NCBI GenBank assembly: GCA_903832005.1
Contig: CAIKZO010000132.1
Coordinates: forward strand, 26,035 to 90,034
Length of the DNA stretch: 64,000 bases
Reading direction: 5' to 3'
From: Enhydrobacter aerosaccus
Lineage (GTDB): Bacteria > Pseudomonadota > Alphaproteobacteria > Reyranellales > Reyranellaceae
The stretch's first letter is position 1; each line of letters starts with the position of its first letter. The position numbers and the translations under genes are program-made. Below, piece after piece: positions 19,282-29,591 of this stretch. The notes under the pieces are model-generated. The model was not told where the DNA came from. It saw only the letters and a program-made list of their open reading frames with translations, and made no database searches.

Positions 19282-19514
19282 GCCGCGCAGAACCTCGCGA
19301 AGCCGGGCAAGGCGCAGACCTGGGCGGGAAACATCAGCCAGGCAACGCCGATGACGAACACCGCCAGCAGCAGGAAGCGCACGAGCGGATGGAGCGCGCT
19401 CAGCAGCAGGTAGACGACCAGCGCCGCCACGGCGACCGCGCCGATCCGATAGCGGGCATCCCAACCGGCCCAGGCGGTCATCAGGTCGGCGAAGAGCTTG
19501 TGCAGTAGATCCAT
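19278..19514 (-). CDS. Small hypothetical membrane protein (2 TM)
   Basis: 78-aa ORF with two hydrophobic helices. Overlaps the stop of the upstream gene by 4 nt. Confidence 0.35.
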   Translation of the reverse strand: MDLLHKLFADLMTAWAGWDARYRIGAVAVAALVVYLLLSALHPLVRFLLLAVFVIGVAWLMFPAQVCALPGFARFCAA

Positions 19515-19638
19515 GGACGATCCGCCAATACTGGTGTGTGCGGAAGATTACGCAGTCCGAGCGGCGGGGTTCCATTGAGGGCGTATCCGCCGCGCAAACC
19601 ATATCGGCAGTTACCACTACCCCCGCGCAGGCCGCCGG

Positions 19639-21606
19639 TTGTACCCTGCGGCGGGGGACAGCTTGAAGCGACGCAAGAACACCGGGGACCAATCCGTTCC
19701 GCCGTCGGCCACGGCCTTCGCCGCCAAGGCGCGCGACCTCGACGCCTTGCGCGGTACGGTGGTCGATGCGGCGACGGTGAGCTCGGCTTTGTGGTTCAGC
19801 TACATCACGCTGTTGTTCTTTCTGCTGATCGCCGTCGGCGGCGTGTCCCATCGCGACCTGTTCCTCGAAAGCCCGGTGGCGCTCCCGCTGCTCAGCATCA
19901 GCCTGCCGCTGATCGGCTTCTTTGCCCTCGGCCCCGCGCTGTTCCTGGTGGCCCACGCCTATGTGCTGCTGCACTTCGTCCTGCTGGCCGACAAGGTCGG
20001 CGCTTTCGACGACGAGCTGCATCTGCAGATCCACGACGATGAGACGCGAGAGCGCCTGCGCCGCCAGCTGCCGATCAACATCTTCACCCAGATCCTGGCC
20101 GGGCCGCGCGACATCCGCGGCAGCGTCATCGGCACCATGCTGCAGCTTGTCGCCTGGGTGACCCTGGTCGTGGGGCCGGTCCTGCTGCTGATGCTGTTCG
20201 AGCTGCAGTTCATCGCCTTCCACCACGCCTGGGTGACGTGGTGGCACAGGATCGCCGTCGTGGCCGACCTCGCGCTGCTGTGGACCCTGTGGCCGTCGAT
20301 CGCGCGCGGCGAGAAATCGCGCATCGCCTGGCACGACCTCCTCCGCCTCGGTGGCGCTGCCGGCGCCGTAACCAGCCTCGCCTCGGCCTATCTCGTCCTC
20401 GCGATCGTGAGCTACCCCGGCGAGTGGCAGGACGAGCATCTGATCGACCTGCGCTTCGTGCCGCTGAAGTGCCAGAGCGCCAATCGGCAATCGCTGCACG
20501 AAGTACTGGTCGCCGGAGACTGTTCGCAACGAATGCCGACCAGCCTCTGGTCGAACCGGATAGCGCTGGCCAACTTCAGTCCGCCCGAGAAGGCCACCGG
20601 GCCGATGCCGATCGATCTAACCGGCCGCAATCTCGACGGCATGGTCATGATTGGCGGCAACTTGCGCGGCGCAAATGGGACCGACGCCCTGCTGCGCCGT
20701 GCCCGCATTATCGAGGTCGACATGCAGGGCGCGAACTTCACCACCGCGCATTTCAATGGCGCAAACCTGTCCTACGTTAAGGCCCAGAAGGCCGTGTTCA
20801 GGGGAGCGGAACTGCGAGGCTTGTCGACTAACGGAGACTACTCCGGCGCCAACTTCAACGGCGCAGAACTCCAGGCCACGTCACTTGCCAATGCCCGTCT
20901 TGACGGCGCGAATTTCGAAAATGCGCACCTGCAGGGTGCCAGCCTGCGAAGCGCCTTCATGTCAGGAGCGCGATTTCCGGGCGCGCATATGCAAGCCGTG
21001 GATATGGCAGGCGCGATCCTGACGGCCGGCTCGCTCCAGACCGCTCAGCTTCAAGGCGCGAAATTGCAAGGCACCTCCCTGACCGCGGTCGATATGCGGG
21101 GCGCTTTCTTGTGGCGCAGTTTCGGCATTCCCGACAGCGAATACATCCTGTTGCCGACGGATTCTCAGTCCTGGGCGGCAGGAATGGGAGACACCTACGG
21201 GCAACTGACGCACCTCATGGATTTCGTCCCTGGCGGATCATTGAAAACGGATGCGCTGGCGAGGATTTCGATATTGGACTGCAGCACCCGCGCCTGCGAC
21301 GCCGAAGCCACCGCAGCCGAGAAAAACGCGCGGATTAGACTCTCGACGGGAGCCGTCTCTCAAGACGTCTACTATCAGCGCTTGTCCGACGAACTCATCG
21401 CTTTGATCTGCGAGGGCTCCTTCGCAGCGACATCGCTCGACTATATGATCCCTCGCCTGCGATGGGTCCCAGCGGCAGTGGACAAGATTCTTGTTCCCAC
21501 CTGCCCCGTCAGCCAGACGATGACGCCCGCGCAAAAGGCCAGCCTGGAAGCTTTGCGTCCCAAGCCCAAACCCCGAGGGGTGGCCGCAGTGGGCGCTACC
21601 CGCTAG
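19639..21606 (+). CDS. Membrane-anchored pentapeptide-repeat protein (N-terminal ~5 TM helices, central A(D/N)LxG repeats, Cys-containing C-terminal domain)
   Basis: Residues ~330-500 are tandem pentapeptide repeats (GANFTTAHFNGANLSY...GANFNGAELQATSLANARLDGANFENAHLQGASLRSAFMSGARFPGAHMQ). N-terminal 300 aa are hydrophobic multi-TM. Start is TTG in the track; true start uncertain. Confidence 0.7.
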   Translation: MYPAAGDSLKRRKNTGDQSVPPSATAFAAKARDLDALRGTVVDAATVSSALWFSYITLLFFLLIAVGGVSHRDLFLESPVALPLLSISLPLIGFFALGPALFLVAHAYVLLHFVLLADKVGAFDDELHLQIHDDETRERLRRQLPINIFTQILAGPRDIRGSVIGTMLQLVAWVTLVVGPVLLLMLFELQFIAFHHAWVTWWHRIAVVADLALLWTLWPSIARGEKSRIAWHDLLRLGGAAGAVTSLASAYLVLAIVSYPGEWQDEHLIDLRFVPLKCQSANRQSLHEVLVAGDCSQRMPTSLWSNRIALANFSPPEKATGPMPIDLTGRNLDGMVMIGGNLRGANGTDALLRRARIIEVDMQGANFTTAHFNGANLSYVKAQKAVFRGAELRGLSTNGDYSGANFNGAELQATSLANARLDGANFENAHLQGASLRSAFMSGARFPGAHMQAVDMAGAILTAGSLQTAQLQGAKLQGTSLTAVDMRGAFLWRSFGIPDSEYILLPTDSQSWAAGMGDTYGQLTHLMDFVPGGSLKTDALARISILDCSTRACDAEATAAEKNARIRLSTGAVSQDVYYQRLSDELIALICEGSFAATSLDYMIPRLRWVPAAVDKILVPTCPVSQTMTPAQKASLEALRPKPKPRGVAAVGATR

Positions 21607-21637
21607 GCTCCGGCCGCTTTCATTTGGGGAGATCGAC

Positions 21638-22024
21638 ATGACCGACGGTGTGCTGCTTCTGGGACGCCTCTTGATGTCCGCCATCTTCATCCTCGCCGGC
21701 GTGGCCAAGCTGTTGGCGCCCGCCGCCACGCAAGGGATGATGGCCAAGTACGGCCTGCCCGTGCCGCTGGCGGCCTATGCGGTGACCGTGATCGTCGAAT
21801 TGGGCGGCGGGCTGCTGCTGCTGTTCGGCTTCATGACGCGCCCCGTCGCAATCGTGCTCGCCGTGTGGTGCATCGCCACCGGGCTGGTCGCGCATACCGC
21901 TTTTGCCGATCCGAACATGCGCGCGCACTTCATGAAGAACGTCGCGGTCGCCGGCGGCTTCCTCTACGTCTGGGCGATGGGCGCGGGCGCCTACAGCATC
22001 GACGCCTGGCGCCGCCGCGCTTAA
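21638..22024 (+). CDS. DoxX-family membrane protein
   Basis: 128 aa, four TM helices, DoxX-like sequence. Confidence 0.75.
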   Translation: MTDGVLLLGRLLMSAIFILAGVAKLLAPAATQGMMAKYGLPVPLAAYAVTVIVELGGGLLLLFGFMTRPVAIVLAVWCIATGLVAHTAFADPNMRAHFMKNVAVAGGFLYVWAMGAGAYSIDAWRRRA

Positions 22025-22407
22025 TGCGCTGAGCTGAGGCTCTCGAGCGTGTGGATCAGCCGCTCGCCGTCGTAGGGCTTCGACAGGAAGTGGCCGCGCG
22101 CCGGCAGGTCGGCGTCGCCCACCTTGATATGGCCGGACGTCAGGACCAGCTCGACCGGTGGCCAGCGGTGGCGTATGGCGGCGGCCAGCAGCAGGCCGTC
22201 CATGTCGCCCGGCAGGTCGATGTCGGTGAAGACGATCTTGATGGAAGCGTTGCTCTCGAGCAGCGCGATGGCTTCCGCGGCCGATCCTGCCTGCACCGTG
22301 TCGAAACCCGCGTCCTCGATCAGCGACACGGCATGCAGGCGCAGCAAGGGCTCATCTTCGACGACGAGAACGAGGGGCCTTGAGGACACGCTACACACCC
22401 GAAACAT
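22021..22407 (-). CDS. Single-domain response regulator (receiver domain)
   Basis: VLVVEDEPLLR...D...K receiver motifs. 128 aa. Overlaps the upstream kinase gene. Confidence 0.85.
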   Translation of the reverse strand: MFRVCSVSSRPLVLVVEDEPLLRLHAVSLIEDAGFDTVQAGSAAEAIALLESNASIKIVFTDIDLPGDMDGLLLAAAIRHRWPPVELVLTSGHIKVGDADLPARGHFLSKPYDGERLIHTLESLSSAH

Positions 22408-23812
22408 ATGCCATAGGCGCCCGGAAGTGGGCGCACATCCCCTCAGGATCGTAACGGACGTCGGCCTTCCCGGTTCCCGCGAGACCCGACGCGATCAGGC
22501 GGCTGCCGAAGCCGCGCCGCGCCGGAGCCGTCACCGTCGGTCCGCCCTTCTCCGTCCAGTCGAAGACGAACTCTTCCTGCCCGTTGGCCGCACGCTCGCT
22601 GCGCCAACGCACGACTACACGGCCCTTGTCGTTCGACATCGCACCGTACTTCACCGCGTTGGTCACCAGCTCGTGGATCAGCAGCGAAAAGGACAGGACC
22701 GAGCGTGGATTGATGTCGATGTCGGGACCGGCGAGATCGAAGCGCGCCAGATCGGCCGCCATGCCGACCACCGCCTCGACGGTCGTGCGCACGGCGCCAC
22801 CCGCCATCGCACGGCCCAGCAGCACATCGTGCGCCCGGCCCAGCGCCTGGATGCGGCGGCCGAAGGTGGCCACCGCCGGCATGTCGGCTGCGTTGCGCAG
22901 GGTCTGCTGGGCGATCGCATCGACCATCGCCAGCGTGTTCTTCATGCGATGCGAGAGTTCCTCGTTCAACGTCTGCTGCACGGCCTCGAGATGCTTGCGC
23001 TCGGTGATGTCCTGCACCGCGCCCATCAGGCGCACCGGCTTGCCGGCGGCGTCATGCTCATAGTCGGCGCGGCGGGAAATCCAGCGCACCTCGCCGTCGT
23101 TGGCGCGGCGGATACGGAACTGCACGTCGCGCGGCGCGGTGCCGTCGCGGCGGCTCTCGGCTGTGGAACCGGGATTGTCGCCCGGCACGACCATCGCGTG
23201 GATATCGTCGATGACGAAGGAGTGGTCCCCGTTCAGCCCGTAGATGCGACAGAACCCGGCAGAGGGAAACAGCCGGTCGCTCTCCAGGTCGATCTCGAAG
23301 GTGCCGACGCCGCCGGCCTGTTGCGCGCCCTCGACCGCCTCGGCGCGGCGATGGCGCAGCAGGATCATGGTCTGCCGCGCCAGCGCCAACAGCGACGTCA
23401 CTTGTTCCTCGCTGAGGCCTTCGGGACGCGGCACGGTGTCGATCACACAGAGCGCGCCCAACGCCTCGCCGTTGCGCGTGCGCAGCACGGCGCCGGCATA
23501 GAAGCGGATGCGGGGCTCGCCGGTGACCAGCGGGTTGTCGCGCGTGCGCGGATCGAGCGAGAGGTCGGGAATGACCAGGATCTCGCGCTCCTTGATGGCG
23601 TGGACGCAGACCGACTGGTTGAGAGGCGTCCCGGTGCCGTCGAAGCCGACGCGCGCCTTGAAGAACTGGCGGTCGGCATCGACCAGGCTGACCAGTGCCA
23701 CCGGCGTCCGGCAGATCGTGCGGGCAAGTTGGACGATGTCGTCAAACTGCTGCTCAGGCGGTGTGTCGAGCACCTGGTACGAACGCAACGCCGCGAGACG
23801 GGGAGACAGCAT
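22391..23812 (-). CDS. Sensor histidine kinase, HWE/HisKA_2 family, with GAF and PAS-like sensor domains
   Basis: H-box ELSHRMKNTLAMVDAIAQQT and HWE-type catalytic region. GAF-like N-terminus. Start chosen at MLSPRLAALRSY (ATG 23812). The track ORF extends to 23935. Confidence 0.8.
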   Translation of the reverse strand: MLSPRLAALRSYQVLDTPPEQQFDDIVQLARTICRTPVALVSLVDADRQFFKARVGFDGTGTPLNQSVCVHAIKEREILVIPDLSLDPRTRDNPLVTGEPRIRFYAGAVLRTRNGEALGALCVIDTVPRPEGLSEEQVTSLLALARQTMILLRHRRAEAVEGAQQAGGVGTFEIDLESDRLFPSAGFCRIYGLNGDHSFVIDDIHAMVVPGDNPGSTAESRRDGTAPRDVQFRIRRANDGEVRWISRRADYEHDAAGKPVRLMGAVQDITERKHLEAVQQTLNEELSHRMKNTLAMVDAIAQQTLRNAADMPAVATFGRRIQALGRAHDVLLGRAMAGGAVRTTVEAVVGMAADLARFDLAGPDIDINPRSVLSFSLLIHELVTNAVKYGAMSNDKGRVVVRWRSERAANGQEEFVFDWTEKGGPTVTAPARRGFGSRLIASGLAGTGKADVRYDPEGMCAHFRAPMAYVSGV

Positions 23813-23915
23813 GAGCCGCTTATAACGCAAAACCAATCGTACGGTTCCGTACCTCTTCCGCAGGCAACCGATCGCCGAAAGCGCCGTTCGTCTAAAAGAG
23901 TACAGGAGGCGTGCA

Positions 23916-24191
23916 ATGGCATTCAGGTTTCTCAACCCGGAGTTTCGCGAAGCCTACAAGTCGATCGATGCGGGCTACCGTCCGATCCCCCTGGGCGGCC
24001 TTATCCGTACCGCGATCCTGGTCGTGATGGCGGTCGGCGGCACTTATCTCGTGGCCCATACCCTGCAGTCGCGGGCCGAACTGCAAGGCCAGGCGATCCT
24101 TGCCTCCCACCCGTCCGACGAATTGACCCAGACCGCGACTGTCCGCGAGACGGCGCCGTCCGACGCCGACGCGCGCTACTCGAGGCCATAG
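23916..24191 (+). CDS. Small hypothetical membrane protein
   Basis: 91-aa ORF with good SD (AGGAGG) and one TM helix. Confidence 0.45.
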   Translation: MAFRFLNPEFREAYKSIDAGYRPIPLGGLIRTAILVVMAVGGTYLVAHTLQSRAELQGQAILASHPSDELTQTATVRETAPSDADARYSRP

Positions 24192-25462
24192 ATCGAGAAC
24201 TGCTTGGCAACATCCGGCACGAGTGCCTTGGCGGCAGCCATATCGGCCTCGCCGTCTTTCGTGCGTCCGTCCCGGCTATAGGCAAGGCCGCGCCCATACA
24301 ATGAGAGCGCGCGGTTGGGATCCGCCTGCAGCGCCGCACTGTACTCGACCACCGCAATCGCGGGCTCGTCGGCCTTGAGGTAGGTGAAGCCGCGCGTGTC
24401 GCGCACATCGAGATTGCCCGGCAGCATCCTCAAGGCCGTGTCGCAGTCCGCCAATGCGCCCACGAGGTCGCGGCCCAGGATGGCGCGCACCAGGCAGCGG
24501 TTGGTGTAGGCTGGACCAAGAGTCGAATCGAGCTCGATGGCGCTGCGGAAGTCGGCCAGCGCGCGCTCGTAGTCGGACATGCGCAGATAGAAAGTGCCAC
24601 GGTTGTAGTGCGCCGTCGCATTGTTGTCCTCGATCGACAGCGCGGTCGTGAGATCCGCGATTGCGTCGCGCAGCGCGCCACCCTCGCCGTCGAGCGTGGC
24701 GCGGCGGACCAGGGCATCGACATTGTGCGGATCGATCACCAGCGCGGCGTCGTAGTCGCGCTTGGCCAGGATCGTCTCGCCACGGCTCGAGTTGGCCAGG
24801 CCGCGCATGGCCAGCGCCTCGGCATTGTCCGGCTCCTTGGCGACCGCGGCATCGAGGTCGGCGAGCGCCCGGCCGTAGTTGCCGATCTGGCGGTACGAGT
24901 CGCCGCGATGGATCAGGGCATCGACATTGTCCGGCTCGAGCGTCAGCACCTTGTCGAAGTCTTCGATCGCGCGCTGGTAGGCGCGCGTGCGGGTGGCCAG
25001 CATCACGCCACGGCCGTAGTAGGCCAGCGTGCTCTTCGGGTCGACGCGGATGGCGTCGTTGAAATCCTTCAGCGCCCGGTCGCCTTGACCCAGCGCGTCG
25101 AGCGTGGCGCCGCGCCGGAACAGGTCCAGCGCCGCCGGGTTCTTCGGATCGATCGCACTGTCGTAGCGGCGCAGCGCATCCCGGTAATCGCTCTCGGCCA
25201 TCACCTTGTTGCCGAGCGCCATGCGCGCGCCGGCACGATCGAAGCGTGCCTGTGCCAGCTCCGACGGTGCGAGCTTCTTGCTCTGGATCGCCTCGCTGCA
25301 GGCCGCCGCGCGCTTCTCGGCCTGGCTGGTGCCCGGCATGGCGCCCTTGGTGCAAACGTCGAAGGCGGCCTTGGTCTTGGGATCCATCTGGGCCTGCGCG
25401 GGCGAGGCGATGGAAAGCGCGGCAAGTGCCAGCGCAAACGTGAGTGTCCGGGGGTGAAGCAT
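24176..25462 (-). CDS. Secreted tetratricopeptide-repeat (TPR) protein
   Basis: Signal peptide, then many TPR-like 34-aa repeats (YDxAI/ALxxDPxNAxA pattern). Confidence 0.8.
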   Translation of the reverse strand: MLHPRTLTFALALAALSIASPAQAQMDPKTKAAFDVCTKGAMPGTSQAEKRAAACSEAIQSKKLAPSELAQARFDRAGARMALGNKVMAESDYRDALRRYDSAIDPKNPAALDLFRRGATLDALGQGDRALKDFNDAIRVDPKSTLAYYGRGVMLATRTRAYQRAIEDFDKVLTLEPDNVDALIHRGDSYRQIGNYGRALADLDAAVAKEPDNAEALAMRGLANSSRGETILAKRDYDAALVIDPHNVDALVRRATLDGEGGALRDAIADLTTALSIEDNNATAHYNRGTFYLRMSDYERALADFRSAIELDSTLGPAYTNRCLVRAILGRDLVGALADCDTALRMLPGNLDVRDTRGFTYLKADEPAIAVVEYSAALQADPNRALSLYGRGLAYSRDGRTKDGEADMAAAKALVPDVAKQFSIYGLE

Positions 25463-25523
25463 CGTCGGTCTTAACCGGAAAGACCGGGTTTCCGCAATTG
25501 GCGCTGCCCGCTACAGTGCCTTC

Positions 25524-27035
25524 ATGGCTCCGAAGAAAACTGCATTCACTATCGTCCGTGGCGGCAAGCTGCTCGACATCGCCAAGCGCAAGGCGGTTGC
25601 CGTCGACATCCTGATCAAGGGCGACACGATCGCCGAGATCGGCAAGCCCGGCCTCGCCGCTCCCGCCGGCGCCACCGTGATCGATGCAAGGCACCGGCTG
25701 ATGCATCCCGGCCTGATCAACGCCCACACCCATGGGCCGGGCAACCTCGCCAAGGGCTTCCACGACCGCTGGTCGCTCGAGCTGCTGCTGACCGGCAGCC
25801 AGTGGGTCGGCATCGGCCGCAACCTCGAGGACAAGTATCTGTCCGCGCTGATCGGCGCTGCCGAGATGGTGCTGAAGGGCTGCACCGCGGCCTACGATCT
25901 CGCGGCCGAGTTCCCGCTACCCTCGGTCGAGGGATTGTCGGCCATGGCCAAGGCCTACGAGGAAGTCGGCATGCGCTGCATGCTGGCGCCGATGGTGGCC
26001 GATCTCTCCTTCTTCGAAGCGATCCCCGGTCTGATGGATCGCCTGCCGCCGCGCCTCAAGAAGGACGTCGAGAGCTTCCGGATGGCGCCGTGGAAGGCCA
26101 CCACCAAGGAGATGAAGAAGGCGCTGCAGGGCTGGCGCTTCAAGGACGTGCATCTGGCCGTCGCGCCGACCATCCCGCATCATTGCAGCGACGACTTCCT
26201 CGCCGCCTGCCGCGACCTCTCGCGCGAATACGACGTCGGCGTGCACACCCATGTGGCCGAGTCCAAGGTCCAGGTGATCGCGGGCTACCAGCGCTACGGC
26301 ACGACGCTCGCCGCCCACATGGACGAGATGGGTCTGGTGAACGAGCGCTTCACCGTGGCGCACGGCGTCTGGCTCGACGACGACGACATGAAGCGGCTGG
26401 GAGATAAAGGCGCCTCGGTCGCGCACAACCCGGGCTCCAACATGCGGCTGGGCAGCGGCCTCGCCGACGTGCGCGGCATGCTCGACCGCAAGGTCAACGT
26501 CGGCATCGGCACCGATGGCGCGAGCTGCGCCGACAACCAGAACGTCTACGAGGCGATGCGGCTGGCCTCGATGGCCTCCAAGGTCCAGGGCCCGGATTGG
26601 CAACGCTGGCTCGGCACCGACGAGGCGCTGCTCGCCGCCACCGAAGGCTCGGCGCGGGCGCTGGGCCTGCACAAGCAGATCGGCAAGATCGCGCCCGGCT
26701 ACAAGGCCGACATCGTCTTCCTCGACCTGCACCATGTGAACTGGATCCCAATGAACGATCCGGTGAACCAGATCGTCCACACCGAGGACGGCACCGGCGT
26801 GCATTCGGTAATGATCGGCGGCCGCATGATCGTCGAGGACCGCAAGCTGCTCACCGTCGATCTGCCCAAGCTCGCGGCCCAGGCCGCCGCCTCGCAGGCC
26901 CGCCGCGTCAAGCTCACGGGCGAGGCGAAGAAGCTCTACGAGAAACTGGAGACTGTTGTCGGTAGCTTCTGCCCGGGCCTGGCCAAGCAGCCGCTGCACA
27001 TCCATCGCTATGGGGCGAGCCATCACCACCACTGA
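25524..27035 (+). CDS. Amidohydrolase-family deaminase/chlorohydrolase (MtaD/TrzA/SsnA-like)
   Basis: HPGLINAHTH metal-binding motif. 503 aa. Natural C-terminal HHHH. Confidence 0.8.
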   Translation: MAPKKTAFTIVRGGKLLDIAKRKAVAVDILIKGDTIAEIGKPGLAAPAGATVIDARHRLMHPGLINAHTHGPGNLAKGFHDRWSLELLLTGSQWVGIGRNLEDKYLSALIGAAEMVLKGCTAAYDLAAEFPLPSVEGLSAMAKAYEEVGMRCMLAPMVADLSFFEAIPGLMDRLPPRLKKDVESFRMAPWKATTKEMKKALQGWRFKDVHLAVAPTIPHHCSDDFLAACRDLSREYDVGVHTHVAESKVQVIAGYQRYGTTLAAHMDEMGLVNERFTVAHGVWLDDDDMKRLGDKGASVAHNPGSNMRLGSGLADVRGMLDRKVNVGIGTDGASCADNQNVYEAMRLASMASKVQGPDWQRWLGTDEALLAATEGSARALGLHKQIGKIAPGYKADIVFLDLHHVNWIPMNDPVNQIVHTEDGTGVHSVMIGGRMIVEDRKLLTVDLPKLAAQAAASQARRVKLTGEAKKLYEKLETVVGSFCPGLAKQPLHIHRYGASHHHH

Positions 27036-28053
27036 GTCGCCGATAAGCGCGACGCGTCTCGGCGAGATCCTCGGCCGCAAGGTCAGCGCCGTCACGGTCG
27101 AGGCCTCGAACCCGACGGTCATCTCGCACGTCTGGCGCCTCAAGCTCGACTACGACGGCGAAGCCGGACCATCCACCCTCTTCCTCAAGACGCGGCACCT
27201 CGACAAGACCCGGGGCTTCGCCGCGTCCGGCCCGCACGAGCTCGCCTTCTATCGCACCCTGGCACCCGAGACGCCCGGCGGCATCCTCGTGCACTGCCAC
27301 GACTCGCACTGGGACCAGGCTACCGGCGACTGGCACCTGCTGCTCGAAGACCTGCGCGACACGCACGAAGCGCCGTCGTCCTGGCCCTTTCCGCCGACGC
27401 TGCCGCGCTCTGAAGCCGTCATCCGCACCCTCGCCCGCTTCCACGCCACCTGGTGGGACGACAAGCGGCTGGGCGTCACGATCGGCTCCTGGGCCAGCGC
27501 CGCCGACATCGCACAAGGCCAGCAGCAGATGTCGGACGCGGTGGCCAAGCTCGCCGACGCGCTGGGCGACCGCTTCACGCCGGACAAGCGTGTCTTATAC
27601 GAGCAGCTGATCGACCGCACCGAACCGCTCAGCGCGCGCTACCATTCGCGCCGCAACATGACGATCATCCACGGCGATACGCATGTCTGGAACTGCTGGC
27701 TGCCTAGGACTGGCGTCGCCGCCCCGCCGAAACTGTTCGACTGGGACAGCTGGCGGCTCGACTACGCGACCGACGACCTCGCCTATCAGATGGCGCTGCA
27801 CTGGTATCCCGATATCCGCCGCGAGCGCGAAAGCCGCCTGCTCGATGCCTATCACGCCGAACTGCTGGCCCACGGAGTCACCGGCTACGACCGCCAGGCG
27901 CTACAGGACGACTACCGGCTATCGGTTCTCTGGATGACCATGAAACCCGTCTGGCAGCACGCCTACGGCATTCCCGCGCACATCTGGTGGCCCCACCTCG
28001 CGCGCATCCACACGGCCGTCGACGACCTCGGCTGCCGGGACCTGCTGACCTAA
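27010..28053 (+). CDS. Phosphotransferase enzyme family protein (APH-like kinase)
   Basis: Brenner motif IIHGDTHVWN and APH-like C-terminal region. Start uncertain: the track ORF begins at 26956, and both candidate starts overlap the upstream gene. Confidence 0.65.
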   Translation: MGRAITTTESPISATRLGEILGRKVSAVTVEASNPTVISHVWRLKLDYDGEAGPSTLFLKTRHLDKTRGFAASGPHELAFYRTLAPETPGGILVHCHDSHWDQATGDWHLLLEDLRDTHEAPSSWPFPPTLPRSEAVIRTLARFHATWWDDKRLGVTIGSWASAADIAQGQQQMSDAVAKLADALGDRFTPDKRVLYEQLIDRTEPLSARYHSRRNMTIIHGDTHVWNCWLPRTGVAAPPKLFDWDSWRLDYATDDLAYQMALHWYPDIRRERESRLLDAYHAELLAHGVTGYDRQALQDDYRLSVLWMTMKPVWQHAYGIPAHIWWPHLARIHTAVDDLGCRDLLT

Positions 28054-28174
28054 GTTCGCGCAATTTTGTTGCGCGGAGGGAGTGGCGGAATCCGGTACAA
28101 ATCGCAGGAAACCCTTATGCCATCGGCATCGAAGGTGCCCCAGGATTTCGGTGCACGCCGCGTCAACTTTTCCG

Positions 28175-29580
28175 CTAGTGCGCGGAGCCTTCCATCGCCT
28201 TGACGATGTTCTCGCACATCACCTTGGCGTCGGCGAAGAGCATCATGGTGTTGTCGCGGAAGAACAGCTCGTTCTCGACGCCGGCATAGCCCGAGGACAT
28301 GCCGCGCTTCACGAACAGTACGGTCTGCGCCTTCTCGACGTCGAGGATCGGCATGCCGTAGATCGCGCTCTTGGGGTCGGTCTTGGCGGCCGGGTTGGTG
28401 ACGTCGTTGGCGCCGATCACGAAAGCCACATCCGTCGAGGCGAACTCGCGGTTGATGTCGTCGAGTTCGAAGACCTCGTCGTACGGCACATTGGCTTCGG
28501 CCAGCAGCACGTTCATGTGGCCCGGCATGCGGCCCGCCACCGGATGGATGGCGTACTTCACCGACACGCCGTGCTTCTTCAGGATGTCGGCCATCTCGCG
28601 CAGCGCGTGCTGGGCCTGCGCCACCGCCATGCCGTAGCCCGGCACGATGATCACGCTTTGGGCGTTCTGCATCAGGAAGGCCGCATCCTCGGCCGAGCCG
28701 ACCTTGACCGGGCGGTCGTCCTTCACGTGCGCGGCGGCAGCGCCCCCGCTGTCGGTGCCGAAGCCGCCCAGGATCACGTTGAAGATCGAGCGGTTCATGC
28801 CCTTGCACATGATGTAGCTCAGGATCGCGCCCGAGCTGCCGACCAACGCGCCGGTGACGATCAGCGCGGTGTTGCCCAGGGTGAAGCCGATGCCCGCCGC
28901 CGCCCATCCCGAATAGGAGTTGAGCATCGAGACCACGACGGGCATGTCGGCGCCGCCGATCGGCAGGATCAGCAGGAAGCCGATGGCCAGCGACAGCACG
29001 ATCAGCAGGATGAAGGTGATCGGATGGCCGTGGAACGCGAACCACACGAGCAACAGCAGGATGACCACGCCGATCAGGGCGTTGAGCGGATGCTGACCCT
29101 TGAAGATCAGCGGCGCGCCCGTGACCAGGCCCTGCAGCTTGGCGAAGGCCACGATCGAGCCGGTGAAGGTGATGGCGCCGATCACGGTGCCCAGCCCCAT
29201 CTCGACCAGGCTCTGGGTATGGATGTGGCCGGGCGAGCCGATGCCGAAGGCTTCCGGCGCCACGAAGGCAGCGCCCGCCACGAACACCGCGGCCAGGCCG
29301 ACCAGCGAATGGAAGGCCGCCACGAGCTGCGGCAGGGCCGTCATCTGGATGCGCAGCGCCACGACGGTGCCGACCGCGCCGCCCACGATCAGGCCACCGA
29401 CGATCAGGTAAGGAGAAACGACGCCCGGCGTCAGCACCGTGACGCCGATGGCGACCACCATGCCGACGATGCCGAAGGCATTGCCCTGGCGTGAGGTCAC
29501 CGGCGAGGAGAGCCCGCGCAGCGCCATGATGAAGCAGATGGCGGCGATCAGATAGCCGTAGGCGGCCAGTTCCTGGGTCA
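28175..29580 (-). CDS. pntB: NAD(P) transhydrogenase subunit beta
   Basis: Typical PntB. Start at MTQELAAYGYL. The track ORF extends further, to 29698. Confidence 0.9.
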
Positions 29581-29591
29581 TGATGCGTCGC

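Noticed and set aside
17845-20529. 894-aa minus-strand ORF spanning rpsU, the Rieske oxygenase gene and the pentapeptide-repeat gene
   Set aside because: It crosses three well-supported plus-strand genes and has low-complexity R/G/A composition, so it is an antisense artefact.
20650-21100. DNA-level near-repeats (ggcgcgaacttc...) that could be mistaken for a tandem repeat or CRISPR-like array
   Set aside because: They are the coding repeats of the pentapeptide-repeat domain, not spacer/repeat architecture.
22124-24304. 726-aa plus-strand ORF overlapping the histidine kinase and response regulator genes
   Set aside because: Antisense to a clear HWE kinase / receiver pair, with no domain signal.
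26990-27035. C-terminal HHHH of the amidohydrolase, which could be read as a cloning His-tag
   Set aside because: Only four His, in native high-GC context with no vector sequence. Treated as a natural tail.
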